A DNA stretch of 64,000 nt from Bacteroidota bacterium (lineage in GTDB: Bacteria; Bacteroidota; Bacteroidia; B-17B0; Aurantibacillaceae): assembly GCA_040387475.1 (NCBI GenBank), contig JAZKDT010000059.1:10239-74238 (forward strand), read 5' to 3'. The notes beneath the pieces were generated by a model that saw nothing but the letters and a program-made list of their open reading frames with translations, did not search any database and was not told the DNA's origin. This document shows positions 19,482 to 29,605 of this stretch, piece by piece (the stretch's first letter is position 1; every line of letters begins with the position of its first letter). The translations under genes and the position numbers were made by a program.

Positions 19482-20264
19482 TTAATTATTATGAATGTGT
19501 TCTACCGTAAACATATCCGCGTAATTGTCTGCAATCGTTTTTGCATCCGAACCAGCTGAATGAACCGTGTGAAAAGTAGCAAAATCAATCACTGTTGGCG
19601 ATTCAAACCACTCCAACAAATTGCTCGACATATGAATGGTAGGAGAAACAGAATGAGTAACTTTTGCTGTATCATTATTAAATGACGGCATCGCAATCCT
19701 CATTGCTTTATTGGACCCTGAAAAACCACCTGCATGAAAAGTTAGCTTGTTACCACTTGCCGGCGACTGTGGAGAATTACCCTCCATTTTTGCCATAATA
19801 TATCCCTGGTTCCAAACCCAAACCATACCGTTAACCGGATCTAAAGCGCCTGTTCCGGGGGTTAAATTATGAACGCTATCCACACCTATCATAAATTCAA
19901 TGGCTTTATAATCGCCAAAGGGAACATTCTCCATGGTGATCAAAGTTGATGAAGGTTGATCATGATCTATTAAATGGTAGCTATTGGGTTCTGTCCAAAC
20001 TGAATTATCAGTTTTTGTAATTTTGATATTACTAATATAGTAACGATACATGGTAACATTAAATGTATTACCGGCCTGATTCGTGTAAGTTTCTGTATTA
20101 AATACCAAATCAGAATCGCCCACCATGGCTTCAAATAAAATATTGAGTTTTCCCTCTGGTGCCGGAGCTTCCGGTTCTGGCTCCGGTCCTACTACGGTGT
20201 CTTTTTTACAATGTGACAAGCTTAATGCTAAAAGTGCTATCGTTGTTATAAATATGTGTTTCAT
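19482..20264 (-). CDS. MbnP-like lipoprotein (putative copper-associated periplasmic protein family)
   Basis: Lipobox LALSLSHC. The body (LNILFEAMVGDSDLVFNTETYTNQAGNTFNVTMYRYYISNIKI...FMIGVD...) resembles the MbnP family. This is called by eye only. Confidence 0.5.
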   Translation of the reverse strand: MKHIFITTIALLALSLSHCKKDTVVGPEPEPEAPAPEGKLNILFEAMVGDSDLVFNTETYTNQAGNTFNVTMYRYYISNIKITKTDNSVWTEPNSYHLIDHDQPSSTLITMENVPFGDYKAIEFMIGVDSVHNLTPGTGALDPVNGMVWVWNQGYIMAKMEGNSPQSPASGNKLTFHAGGFSGSNKAMRIAMPSFNNDTAKVTHSVSPTIHMSSNLLEWFESPTVIDFATFHTVHSAGSDAKTIADNYADMFTVEHIHNN

Positions 20265-20357
20265 TTTAAATAAATTAAGTATATGATCGTCTCACTTCAC
20301 TTGTTTTTCTAAAGAAATAAAAAAAAAGAAAGATTATAGTTAAACCGTTAATAAATT

Positions 20358-20738
20358 TTAAAATGACGGCGGATGAAACACTGACGCAGAAATATTATTT
20401 GGGATGTTTTCTGTTGATGTAGAAAATACTTGTTTACTCTCTTGTGATGGTTCAAATATAAACGTTATCAAACCTGTGCGCAATTCTGATTTTTCAGTTT
20501 TATCTTTTATGGACGAAGAGGAATCTGACTGACGTTTGTCTTCTTTTTTGATCTCTTTTTCCAAATAACATTTAGCCTCACAGCAACTTTTAGGTTTATT
20601 CTTATTTTCGCAAACAGTTGCAGCCAACTCTTTTTGATTGAACTTAAAGTGGAAATAAATAACTGTTCGCGCAGCACATTGCCAGCTGAAACTGATCAGT
20701 AAAAAAACTGAGAAGAGTATGTGTGCCCGTTTTTTCAT
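20358..20738 (-). CDS. Hypothetical secreted or membrane-anchored Cys-rich small protein
   Basis: N-terminal hydrophobic segment, then CENKNKPKSCCEAKCYLEKE, then a Ser/Lys-rich tail. It is the first gene of a three-gene same-strand cluster. Confidence 0.4.
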   Translation of the reverse strand: MKKRAHILFSVFLLISFSWQCAARTVIYFHFKFNQKELAATVCENKNKPKSCCEAKCYLEKEIKKEDKRQSDSSSSIKDKTEKSELRTGLITFIFEPSQESKQVFSTSTENIPNNISASVFHPPSF

Positions 20739-20766
20739 TGCGCATCACAAATATAGCAAATGAAAT

Positions 20767-23301
20767 TTATTTAGTAAGGATGATTTTCTTAACGCTTGTC
20801 GCCAAATTTACCTGATAAACCGATAAAAAATAGACCCCATTGTCATATCCCGACAAATCAACACCGATGATTGGTGTACTTAACTGACTTTTTAAAATCA
20901 GTCGCCCTTGTATATCTGTTACTTCTATAAAACTTGTTGAAGAAATTGCATTTTCTGCTATTTCTACATTAAAAATTCCTTTTGAAGGATTAGGAAACAC
21001 ACGTATATCTTCATTCACAATCGGCTCGAATTCCATTTCGCCGGTAATAGTCATCGTTCCCATCTTCATGCCGTTTCCAAAACTAGTCACCCACATTTCA
21101 GAAGTGTTATAGGGGTTAAAAAATACGCGCTCCGGCTGACGAAAAGGGTAACTCGCAACGTTTGAAAAAGCCGGTGTTGCTGAATTGATATTAGCGCTTT
21201 TCCAAAGGCCTTGAGTTTCGGTTGTAATATATAGCTCATTTGGATTGTTCGGATTAAAGGTACACGAGGTGGCCCGATCCAAGGTACTACTAGTTAACTT
21301 AATCCAATTGGTGCCACGATTCGTTGTTTTATATAAACCTCCCAAACCATTGGGTGCACCTCCCCAACCGCTGAACACGTTCACATACCAGGTATTTTGA
21401 GTGGCGTCATTCGGATCTATTACTACATCTTTGGTCCAGTAATACATGCCTGTGTGCGATTTGTCTGTCCAACTGTTTGATGCAGGATCGTAAATAAAAA
21501 CACCTGAACTGGCAGTAAATACGGTAGTTCTTCTTCCCGAATAGGTTGCCACCAACTTACCATCATTTAGAACAACCAGGGAAGCGGGATGTTTTTCGGT
21601 ACGGGGAGGATTAGGTAATAATGTCCAGGTGGAGGTTGCCAAATTGGAAAGGTCATCACAACGATATACGCCGCCCACTCCTGAACCACCATTATAATGA
21701 ATAACACTGGCGTAAGCACGGTTTGTGTTATTGGGATCCAAGGCGATCCAGAAAACCGGATGATTAAATATTTTTAAATTTTGCCAGGTCTGGCCATTGT
21801 TGGTAGAATAAATAATTTTTCCATTGGCATCGGCGGCATCTAAAATCGCATCCGTTAAACGGGTACTTTGATACATATCATGAATATTAGATGTAGCGGC
21901 AAATAAAGTTCCGCTAGCACTTTGCGCAACTCGGTAGGTAGAGTTAGCTGCATTTCCAGTATAATTAAACGACCATGTATTTCCGGCATCAATACTTCTG
22001 ATTCCTTTGATATCCGAAAAACACGCCCACATGTTGTTAGCGGTTGCCCAATGCACCTGCCAGCAGGTCGTGTTTTCTATGCCTGCCGTTGAGTAACTTT
22101 GCATAGGCGGCGTTACTGCACCGGCAGCATGCTGACCTGTTGGATTGACATATGCTTGCTGCCAGCTAGTTCCACCATTGGTTGTTTTATGACAAAAACC
22201 AAAGTCACCAAAAATAACTACCTGTGAATTATTTGCAGCGACATCAAATCCAAACGGGCATTCTCCATAACTCCACCCTCTATCGCCACCTTGTCCGCTC
22301 CAACCCGTGTTGATGTTTTGGTTAGTATTAGTAATAAATGTATTGCTCCAATTTCCACCGGCATTCGTTGTTTTAAAAATCGTGGGTTCACTGTTATCAT
22401 TACTGCCCGCTACGTAAACCGTGTTGATGTCATTCTCGGCCATATCAATGAACATCGGGAAATCTGTTATTAAATTAATTCCTGTTGATTTACTTATCCA
22501 ATTACTTGTTCCATAATCACAGGAGTAAATGCCTTTACAAAAATCGTAATAATCTGAACCTTGTAAACCAACATAAATATCACCCGCATCTCCTGTTAAA
22601 CAAAAAAAGCGTGTGGTTGTTCCAACCTTAGCCGCGGCGAAACTCCAGATACGATCAGATGCCGGAATACCTGTGATTGCTGCATTTGCCCAAGTAGTGC
22701 CACTGTTGGTTGAAACTAATATCCCATCATTAGTTCCTACATATATATTTGCCCCATCAAATAAAACGCCGCCCACAACATTGCCTGCGCCTGAGTTTGC
22801 CGCGGTATGAAATTGAGTGAAACTCAAGCCTCCATTGTTTGAAATATAAATTTCTCCGTAAGTAGAAATGATCAGTTGATTTGAATTATTATAGTTCACG
22901 TGGATGGTGTAGACATCTGAACCCGGGTCCGGATTTCCAGCCAGGGTTGTCCAGTTAGCACCATTGTTTGTGCTTTTAACAGGCGTACCGATGTCATTGA
23001 TGTAACTGATCGAGTATAACAAATTAGAAGTGTTTGTGTAACACACTTTAGAATTATGTCCGCCTGTAAATTGAGAAAAATGCACTTGCGAATAACTTGT
23101 TCCAAAATTAGTAGTGTGAAACAACTCGCTCATGTCGCATGAGATGTAAAATTCATTGTTATTTCCCGGATTAATACTTGGCGAAAATAAAGCGCCGCCC
23201 CCTCCTACGCCACGGGAACTCCAGGATGCAGGTTGGGCAATAATTGTAATAGAAAATAAAATAATGCAGAGAATCGAAAAGTAATTTTTCTTCATAGTCA
23301 T
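20767..23301 (-). CDS. BNR/Asp-box repeat beta-propeller protein with a T9SS type A C-terminal sorting domain
   Basis: At least eight Asp-box-like motifs (STNNGANWT, SNNGGLSFT, STNSGTTWA, TTNAGGNWS, TTNGGTSWQ, SIDAGNTWS, STNNGQTWQ, TTNRGTNWI). C-terminus VFPNPSKGIFNVEI...NGVYFLSVY...KKIILTK. Confidence 0.8.
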   Translation of the reverse strand: MTMKKNYFSILCIILFSITIIAQPASWSSRGVGGGGALFSPSINPGNNNEFYISCDMSELFHTTNFGTSYSQVHFSQFTGGHNSKVCYTNTSNLLYSISYINDIGTPVKSTNNGANWTTLAGNPDPGSDVYTIHVNYNNSNQLIISTYGEIYISNNGGLSFTQFHTAANSGAGNVVGGVLFDGANIYVGTNDGILVSTNSGTTWANAAITGIPASDRIWSFAAAKVGTTTRFFCLTGDAGDIYVGLQGSDYYDFCKGIYSCDYGTSNWISKSTGINLITDFPMFIDMAENDINTVYVAGSNDNSEPTIFKTTNAGGNWSNTFITNTNQNINTGWSGQGGDRGWSYGECPFGFDVAANNSQVVIFGDFGFCHKTTNGGTSWQQAYVNPTGQHAAGAVTPPMQSYSTAGIENTTCWQVHWATANNMWACFSDIKGIRSIDAGNTWSFNYTGNAANSTYRVAQSASGTLFAATSNIHDMYQSTRLTDAILDAADANGKIIYSTNNGQTWQNLKIFNHPVFWIALDPNNTNRAYASVIHYNGGSGVGGVYRCDDLSNLATSTWTLLPNPPRTEKHPASLVVLNDGKLVATYSGRRTTVFTASSGVFIYDPASNSWTDKSHTGMYYWTKDVVIDPNDATQNTWYVNVFSGWGGAPNGLGGLYKTTNRGTNWIKLTSSTLDRATSCTFNPNNPNELYITTETQGLWKSANINSATPAFSNVASYPFRQPERVFFNPYNTSEMWVTSFGNGMKMGTMTITGEMEFEPIVNEDIRVFPNPSKGIFNVEIAENAISSTSFIEVTDIQGRLILKSQLSTPIIGVDLSGYDNGVYFLSVYQVNLATSVKKIILTK

Positions 23302-23557
23302 AGCTTTTAAAACACCAGTATGAAGTTATAAAATAAATTTATGCGTTACGCTATCAAGAAATACTTAATTGGTTTAGTGCAGAAATATTACAGAATCGAG
23401 AAATGTTCTTTAGCAAGTCCCTTCCAGAGAAATCGGGAAGCGTTCTTCATTTATATTCTGGTTCTCGTTCACTCACAGCCGCCCTCAAAAGTTCACTGAA
23501 CTTTTGCCGTGCTCGACCTCACAGATAGGCTTACACATTCTTTATGAAAATAAAAAT

Positions 23558-24562
23558 TTAATTCAATTGCTTCCACAACATATCTTTTAACTCCTGAACA
23601 TTGTATCCGGTTTGAGAAGAAAAGAATATATAAGGAATTTTGAATTTCCCTTTCATGCGTTTGTTCAGATCTTTTTCCAGCTCCATGATCAGTTCTTCAT
23701 CGATGGTGTCGCATTTCGAAATAGCCAGAATACGTTGTTTATCCAACAACTCAGGGTTGTATTGCTTTAATTCGTTCAGCAAGATCTTATACTCTTCGTA
23801 AATATTATCGCTTTGGCAGCTTACCAAAAATAATAAGCTGGAGTTACGCTCAATATGCCGTAGGAAACGAACACCTAATCCTTTTCCTTCACTGGCACCT
23901 TCTATAATTCCTGGAATATCTGCCATTACAAAGCTTTTGTAATCGCGGTAAGGCACAATTCCTAAATTAGGGGTTAAGGTTGTGAATGGGTAATTGGCAA
24001 TCTCAGGTTTAGCTGCCGATACCACTGATAATAAAGTAGATTTGCCTGCGTTAGGAAAACCTACTAAGCCAACATCTGCCAATACTTTTAATTCTAAAAC
24101 TTTCCACTCTTCCTTTCCTTCTTCTCCCGGTTGCGAGTAACGCGGTGTTTGATTAGTTGGTGATTTGAAATGCGCATTTCCTCTTCCGCCCATTCCGCCA
24201 GGTAATAAAATAAATTCCTGCCCTTCTTCGGTAATCTCACAAATAATTTCACCGGTCTCCAAATCACGTGCAACCGTGCCCAAAGGCACATCTAATATTT
24301 CATCCTCTCCTTCTTTTCCTGATTTATGAGAAGAACCCCCATCACCACCTTGCGTAGCAATAATATGTTTACGGTATTTTAAATGGATCAATGTCCAGAA
24401 TTGCTTGTTACCACGCAAAATAACATGTCCACCACGGCCACCATCGCCACCATCAGGCCCGCCAAAGGCCGTTAATTTATCGCGGTGTAAATGCGTAGAA
24501 CCCTTTCCACCTTTTCCACTTCTGCAACAGATCCTTACGTAATCAACAAAATTATTATCCAC
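23558..24562 (-). CDS. obgE: GTPase ObgE/CgtA
   Basis: Gly-rich Obg fold ([12 protein letters not shown]) and a G domain ([21 protein letters not shown]). Confidence 0.9.
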   Translation of the reverse strand: MDNNFVDYVRICCRSGKGGKGSTHLHRDKLTAFGGPDGGDGGRGGHVILRGNKQFWTLIHLKYRKHIIATQGGDGGSSHKSGKEGEDEILDVPLGTVARDLETGEIICEITEEGQEFILLPGGMGGRGNAHFKSPTNQTPRYSQPGEEGKEEWKVLELKVLADVGLVGFPNAGKSTLLSVVSAAKPEIANYPFTTLTPNLGIVPYRDYKSFVMADIPGIIEGASEGKGLGVRFLRHIERNSSLLFLVSCQSDNIYEEYKILLNELKQYNPELLDKQRILAISKCDTIDEELIMELEKDLNKRMKGKFKIPYIFFSSQTGYNVQELKDMLWKQLN

Positions 24563-24583
24563 TTTCTTTTAGATTAAAGATAA

Positions 24584-24631
24584 AAGACAAAAGATTTAAG
24601 AGAAGTTCATTCATCTTAAATCTTTTGTCTT
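24584..24631 (-). terminator. Perfect 18-bp stem / 12-nt loop hairpin between adk and obg (putative intrinsic terminator or attenuator)
   Basis: AAGACAAAAGATTTAAGA-gaagttcattca-TCTTAAATCTTTTGTCTT. On the coding (minus) strand it is followed by TTATCTTT. Confidence 0.55.
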
Positions 24632-24644
24632 AAGTCTTATGAAA

Positions 24645-25922
24645 TTACTTTTTCTTTTTAGTCGCTTTTTTTGGAGCAGCCTTTTTTACAACTTTCTTAG
24701 GCGCTATTTTTTTTGCTACTTTCTTTACTGCCTTTTTTACGATGCTCTTTTTAGCTACCACCTTTTTTACCACTTTTTTAATGGCTTTTTTAGGCGCTAT
24801 TTTTTTAGCAGCTTTTTTGATCACTTTCTTAGGCGCTATTTTTTTTACTGCCTGTTTAATAATCTTTTTAGCTGTAGCTTTTTTCGGTGCTAATTTTTTA
24901 ACCACCTTTTTTGGAGCGGGTTTCTTACTAGAATTCTTTGGTGACGACTTTTTAGCAGGTACTTTTTTGACAGGAACCGCTTTCCTAACAACTTTTTTAG
25001 CAGAAGATTTTTTGGCCACTGATTTCTTAACAGGTGCTGATTTCTTCACTGGTGCTTTCGACGCTACTTTCTTAACTGCCTTTTTAGGCGCCGACTTTTT
25101 AACGTCTTTTTTCACAGGTGCTTTTTCTTTTTTATCTGAATGAAAAAAGTTGCTTACTGTTTCTTTGATCTTGGCAATAATTCCCTTCTCGGGCTTTTTA
25201 GTATCGTTATCTTTTGCCTGACGAACTTCTTCAATATCCTGTTTCAATTCATTTGAAATTTCAGTGGCCACTTCAAAATCATTGATCGTTAGATCCAAAT
25301 GTTCAATATCATTTTCTAACATCGTTAATTCCATCTCCGCTTTTACAAAAGTAATACGCTCTGTTAACTGGTTAAAAATAGAATCAATAGAGCCAATACC
25401 ATTTATTGAATGAAATTTGGCCTGTTCAGAATAATATTTTTTAAGCGGCAGGGTTTTATTATTGTATTCGTTTACGCGGTTTCTGATGATATCTTCGTTC
25501 TGATCATCCGCTCTCCCTGAATCCTTTCCACGTAACAACAACCGTTTCACTAACTCTTCGTTATCAACGTCCAATGCAAGCATGGCGCCAATAGCTGTTC
25601 CTTTTTTTTGCAACAAATCATCCAAAGCAACAGCCTGAGCTTGTGTACGCGGGAAACCATCAAAGATAAATCCGCCTGCATTTGGATTTGCATCTAATTT
25701 AGATTCGATCATACCAATCACGATATCATCGCTCACTAAATCGCCGCGATCCATAATTTGTTTGGCTTCCGTTCCAAGAGCTGTTCCTCTTGCAATTTCG
25801 CTACGCAAAATATCGCCGGTAGATAAATGCACTAAACCATATTTTTCAATTAATTTTTCAGATTGAGTTCCTTTGCCGGCGCCCGGAGGGCCAAATAAAA
25901 CGATGTTTAACATGTTGCTCAT
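24645..25922 (-). CDS. adk: Adenylate kinase fused to a long C-terminal histone-H1-like Lys/Ala/Pro-rich tail
   Basis: Residues 1-~193 form a short-type Adk (GPPGAGKGTQ P-loop, GFIFDGFPRT, no Zn lid). An acidic linker follows, then ~180 aa of KKxAPKKxVKK repeats ending KKATKKKK, all in one uninterrupted frame. Confidence 0.85.
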   Translation of the reverse strand: MSNMLNIVLFGPPGAGKGTQSEKLIEKYGLVHLSTGDILRSEIARGTALGTEAKQIMDRGDLVSDDIVIGMIESKLDANPNAGGFIFDGFPRTQAQAVALDDLLQKKGTAIGAMLALDVDNEELVKRLLLRGKDSGRADDQNEDIIRNRVNEYNNKTLPLKKYYSEQAKFHSINGIGSIDSIFNQLTERITFVKAEMELTMLENDIEHLDLTINDFEVATEISNELKQDIEEVRQAKDNDTKKPEKGIIAKIKETVSNFFHSDKKEKAPVKKDVKKSAPKKAVKKVASKAPVKKSAPVKKSVAKKSSAKKVVRKAVPVKKVPAKKSSPKNSSKKPAPKKVVKKLAPKKATAKKIIKQAVKKIAPKKVIKKAAKKIAPKKAIKKVVKKVVAKKSIVKKAVKKVAKKIAPKKVVKKAAPKKATKKKK

Positions 25923-25946
25923 AAATTAATATTTAATTGTTATTTA

Positions 25947-26486
25947 TTATTTTGACTCAAGTACAAAAATTGCTTTCATGTTTCTTCCCAACCCATCGTA
26001 GTCTAATCCATAACCAACTACAAAGTCGTTAGGAATTTCCATACCAACATAATCCACTTTAATATCTTTTTTGTAAGCTTCGGGTTTCAATAAAAATGAA
26101 GCCACTTTAATTTGCTTTACTTCTTTTTTGGTTAATAACGTCACCAGTTTTTCCAGGGTAATTCCCGTGTCAACAATATCTTCAACGATCACAACGGTTC
26201 TACCTTTAATTTCTTCGGTCAATCCAATCATTTCTGTAACCGTTCCTGTGCTGCTCGTGCCATGATAAGATGCGAGTTTAATGAAAGAAATTTCACAGGG
26301 AATCGTTACTTCTTTTAAAAGATCGGCAGCGAACATAAATGAACCATTTAGCACGACTAAAAATAAAGGCATGTCGTTTACTAAATCTGCATTTATTTTT
26401 ACTGCCAGGTTAGCTACACTTTCCGAAATTTTTTCGGATGAAATATAGGGCACAAAGGTTTTATCGTTTAGGGTTACGCGTTGCAT
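25947..26486 (-). CDS. hpt: Hypoxanthine phosphoribosyltransferase
   Basis: PRPP-binding motif VVIVEDIVDTGITL. I prefer the ATG at 26484-26486 (MQRVTLNDKTF), since the upstream extension looks non-coding. Confidence 0.85.
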   Translation of the reverse strand: MQRVTLNDKTFVPYISSEKISESVANLAVKINADLVNDMPLFLVVLNGSFMFAADLLKEVTIPCEISFIKLASYHGTSSTGTVTEMIGLTEEIKGRTVVIVEDIVDTGITLEKLVTLLTKKEVKQIKVASFLLKPEAYKKDIKVDYVGMEIPNDFVVGYGLDYDGLGRNMKAIFVLESK

Positions 26487-26608
26487 TGGGTCTTTTTGTA
26501 AAAACACAAATATAATAACTATTTGAATGAAAAAAGCCTTTATCTCCTTGTTTAGGGCAAAACACCGCACTTTCTTATCGTATGTGAAGCAAATTTCAAG
26601 TACATTTG

Positions 26609-27973
26609 ATGCCCGTGATTAATTTGTCTAAAAATATCCATTTAAAAGAAACTATTTCCTTGTCGATTCCTTTGATAATGACCCAAATAGGGCATATCAT
26701 CACCGGGATGGTAGACAACATATTTTTAGGAAGATTAGGTAAAACAGAACAGGCCGCGGGCATTTTATCCAACAACCTGTTTGTGATCCTCCTGGTATTC
26801 AGTATTGGTATGAGTTATGTACTAACACCCGCTGTTACAGATGCCCACGTAAACGGGAACGAGAAGGAAAAAGCATCTTTATTCAAAAACTCGCTTTTTA
26901 TTAACATGGTAGTAGCCGTTTTACTGTTTATCATCCTGTTTTTTTCATCTCCTTTACTGGCGCATATGCAACAGCCCGAGGACGTTGTTTTGCTTGCCAT
27001 TCCTTTTTTCGACGTCTTGATTTTTTCAATTATCCCTGTGGCCTTATTTTTTGTATGTAAACAATATACTGAGGGTTTGAGCAACACCAGGGCGGCCATG
27101 TACATCAGTGTTATTGGCAACATTATGAATATTGTTTTAAATTATTTACTAATTTACGGTTACTGCGGATTGCCCGAATTGGGCTATATGGGCTCTTGCT
27201 GGGCTACCTTTGTCTCACGCGCGTTTATGGGGCTTGGATTTTTAATATATATTTTTAGAAACAAAGCGGTTAATTCTTTTGCCATCTATTATAAAGAGGC
27301 AAAAGTAAACGCTCAATACGTGTGGCCCTTATTTAAGGACGGCCTGGCGTCTGCCTTGCAATTTACTTTTGAAGTGGCAGCTTTTGCCATTGCGGGTTTG
27401 CTTGCCGGTGTATTTGGAAAAGAACAAATAGATGCACATGGTATCGCCTTGAGTTTAGCGGCATTTACATATATGTTTGCCAGCGGAATTGGCAGCGCAA
27501 CAACGATTCGCGTAGGAAACTATTATTCCTTAAACAACCTGAATGAAGTAAAACTGGCCATTAAAACATCGTACAAAGCGGTAATTGTTACCATGGGTTT
27601 TATGGCGTTAATCTTTATTAGCTGCAATACGTTTTTACCGCTTATTTTCAGCAATGATGAAGAAATTATTTCGATTGCCTCTAAACTGTTATTGTTCGCC
27701 GCTTTTTTCCAGTTGTTTGATGGAACGCAGGTTGTTGCCATTGGTGTATTAAGAGCTTTAGACGATTACAAATATCCTACGTATGTTGCCTTTATCGGCT
27801 ACTGGTTAATTGCCCTGCCACTATGTTACCTTTTTGCGTTTGTATTTAACTATAAAGTATATGGTGTTTGGCTTGCCTTAAGTGTTGGACTCGGGTTCGT
27901 ATCTGTTGCTCTTTTTTTCAGGATCAGGGCTTTACTGAAACTGAAATCTATACCATCACAAAATATAAACTAG
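26609..27973 (+). CDS. MATE family efflux transporter
   Basis: ~454 aa with 12 predicted TM segments and a NorM-like N-terminus (ETISLSIPLIMTQIGHIITGMVDNIFLGRLG). Confidence 0.8.
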   Translation: MPVINLSKNIHLKETISLSIPLIMTQIGHIITGMVDNIFLGRLGKTEQAAGILSNNLFVILLVFSIGMSYVLTPAVTDAHVNGNEKEKASLFKNSLFINMVVAVLLFIILFFSSPLLAHMQQPEDVVLLAIPFFDVLIFSIIPVALFFVCKQYTEGLSNTRAAMYISVIGNIMNIVLNYLLIYGYCGLPELGYMGSCWATFVSRAFMGLGFLIYIFRNKAVNSFAIYYKEAKVNAQYVWPLFKDGLASALQFTFEVAAFAIAGLLAGVFGKEQIDAHGIALSLAAFTYMFASGIGSATTIRVGNYYSLNNLNEVKLAIKTSYKAVIVTMGFMALIFISCNTFLPLIFSNDEEIISIASKLLLFAAFFQLFDGTQVVAIGVLRALDDYKYPTYVAFIGYWLIALPLCYLFAFVFNYKVYGVWLALSVGLGFVSVALFFRIRALLKLKSIPSQNIN

Positions 27974-28544
27974 CTAAAAAGAACAAGCCACATACGGTTA
28001 AAAGTCCGTTAACGCTTAAATGTTTATTGACCCTGTAAACAAAAAAGCCCATGCATAGGGCAAATACTATGACCATGAAACTAGGGTAGGTATATATGTG
28101 CCAAAATGTTCTATCGTCAAACCCTAATTTTGCTTTGAGGATCTTATTGAATAGAAAATCACGCCCAATATAAAATCCTTCAAAATGTTCGGGCAATTGG
28201 TACAATTCGGCAGTTTTAACAGGAACAAAAGTTCCATCAATAGCTGTTATTTGCAACTCGGTAACAGTTCTGGCATTTTGGGTACGGTTAAATTCGCCAT
28301 AAGAACAGTTAATGCTTGATACATATGTTTTTTGCCAGTGACAGCAGATCAAAATACTTAGCAGGCAATAACTTAAAAATGCGGCCAGCGTAATATTGAT
28401 ATTATTAATGATCTTATAAAATGGTGTTTTTTTCAGGTCTTCAATTTGCTTCAGCTCTTTTAAATGCTTGATCTGTTTAAAGTAATACAGCTCCTCGGGA
28501 GATAAAGGGATACGGGGTTTTCTCCGGGGCTGTTCTTCTTGCAT
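27948..28544 (-). CDS. Hypothetical membrane protein
   Basis: 198 aa with TM helices near residues 55-80 and in the C-terminal third. It lies downstream of GT2 on the same strand. Its 3' end overlaps the convergent MATE gene by 26 nt. Confidence 0.4.
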   Translation of the reverse strand: MQEEQPRRKPRIPLSPEELYYFKQIKHLKELKQIEDLKKTPFYKIINNINITLAAFLSYCLLSILICCHWQKTYVSSINCSYGEFNRTQNARTVTELQITAIDGTFVPVKTAELYQLPEHFEGFYIGRDFLFNKILKAKLGFDDRTFWHIYTYPSFMVIVFALCMGFFVYRVNKHLSVNGLLTVCGLFFLASLYFVMV

Positions 28545-28567
28545 CGCTTAAGTGGTTAAGGAAGAAA

Positions 28568-29527
28568 CTATAGATTGATTTTCTTTTCTAATAAATAATT
28601 ATTCCTGTCGGGAGAATTTCTTAAAATTAATTCGCCGATAAAGCCAGCTAAAAACAACATGGTTCCCAACATCATTGAAGTTAAAGCAATATAAAATGAT
28701 GGTCGGTCGGTTAATAAGCGTGCTGCTTTATGGATAATAAATGCGTGATAAAATTTATCGATTCCTAAATACATTACTGAAAAAAGTCCTACCATAAACA
28801 TCAGCGTTCCAATTAAACCAAAAAAGTGCATAGGTCGTTTTCCAAATTTAGATAAGAAGGTGATAGTCAGTAGATCTAGAAAGCCATTGATAAAGCGTTC
28901 CCAGCCAAATTTACTGACACCATATTTACGGGCCTGGTGCTGAACTACCTTCTCCCCTATTTTTGTAAAGCCGGCGTTTTTAGCCAGAACCGGTATAAAG
29001 CGATGCATTTCGCCATAGATTTCAATGCCTTTAACTACTTCTTTGCGGTAGGCTTTTAAACCACAATTCATATCATGTAACTTAATACCTGAGATCAATC
29101 GGTTAGTACCGTTATATAATTTGGAAGGAATATTTTTAGTGAATGTATTATCGAATCTCTTTTGCTTCCAACCGCTCACCAGGTCGTAATCTCCCGAGGT
29201 GATCATTTTATAGAGTTCGGGGATTTCATCCGGAGAATCCTGCAAATCAGCATCCATGGTAATCACTACATCGCCCTGTGCGGCTTCAAATCCTACATGT
29301 AAGCCTGGAGACTTGCCGTAATTGCGGCGAAATTTAATGGCTTTTACACAATGATTTTGAGCTGCCAGTGATTCAATCACCCGCCATGACTTATCTTTGC
29401 TACCATCATCCACAAACACAATTTCGTAAGAAAATCCATTCTCATCCATCACGCGTTTAATCCAATCGTGCAATTCGGGCAACGATTCTTCTTCGTTAAA
29501 TAAGGGGATGACAATAGAGATGTTCAT
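28568..29527 (-). CDS. Family 2 glycosyltransferase, polyprenol-phosphate sugar synthase (GtrB/ArnC-like)
   Basis: ISIVIPLFNEEESL, VFVDDGSKDKS and the TMDADLQD DxD motif, plus two C-terminal TM helices. Confidence 0.8.
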   Translation of the reverse strand: MNISIVIPLFNEEESLPELHDWIKRVMDENGFSYEIVFVDDGSKDKSWRVIESLAAQNHCVKAIKFRRNYGKSPGLHVGFEAAQGDVVITMDADLQDSPDEIPELYKMITSGDYDLVSGWKQKRFDNTFTKNIPSKLYNGTNRLISGIKLHDMNCGLKAYRKEVVKGIEIYGEMHRFIPVLAKNAGFTKIGEKVVQHQARKYGVSKFGWERFINGFLDLLTITFLSKFGKRPMHFFGLIGTLMFMVGLFSVMYLGIDKFYHAFIIHKAARLLTDRPSFYIALTSMMLGTMLFLAGFIGELILRNSPDRNNYLLEKKINL

Positions 29528-29605
29528 ATAAGAGTTTAAAAATCAGCATTATTTAGCCAACGTACAAATTTTACGAAAAATATGCTAATAATGAAATAAA
29601 TTCTA

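Noticed and set aside
23302-23557. 256-nt spacer with small hairpins (CAAAAGTT-cactg-AACTTTTG) as a possible tRNA or sRNA
   Set aside because: I could find no cloverleaf, no conserved tRNA boxes, and no clear similarity to the repeat family seen elsewhere in the window. It is most simply the obg-downstream terminator and promoter region.
24639-25143. Plus-strand ORFs 24639-24893 and 24742-25143 with Phe/Leu-rich low-complexity products
   Set aside because: They are mirror images of the AAA/AAG/GCN-rich Lys/Ala tail of adk on the opposite strand, so they are an antisense artefact of the repeat.
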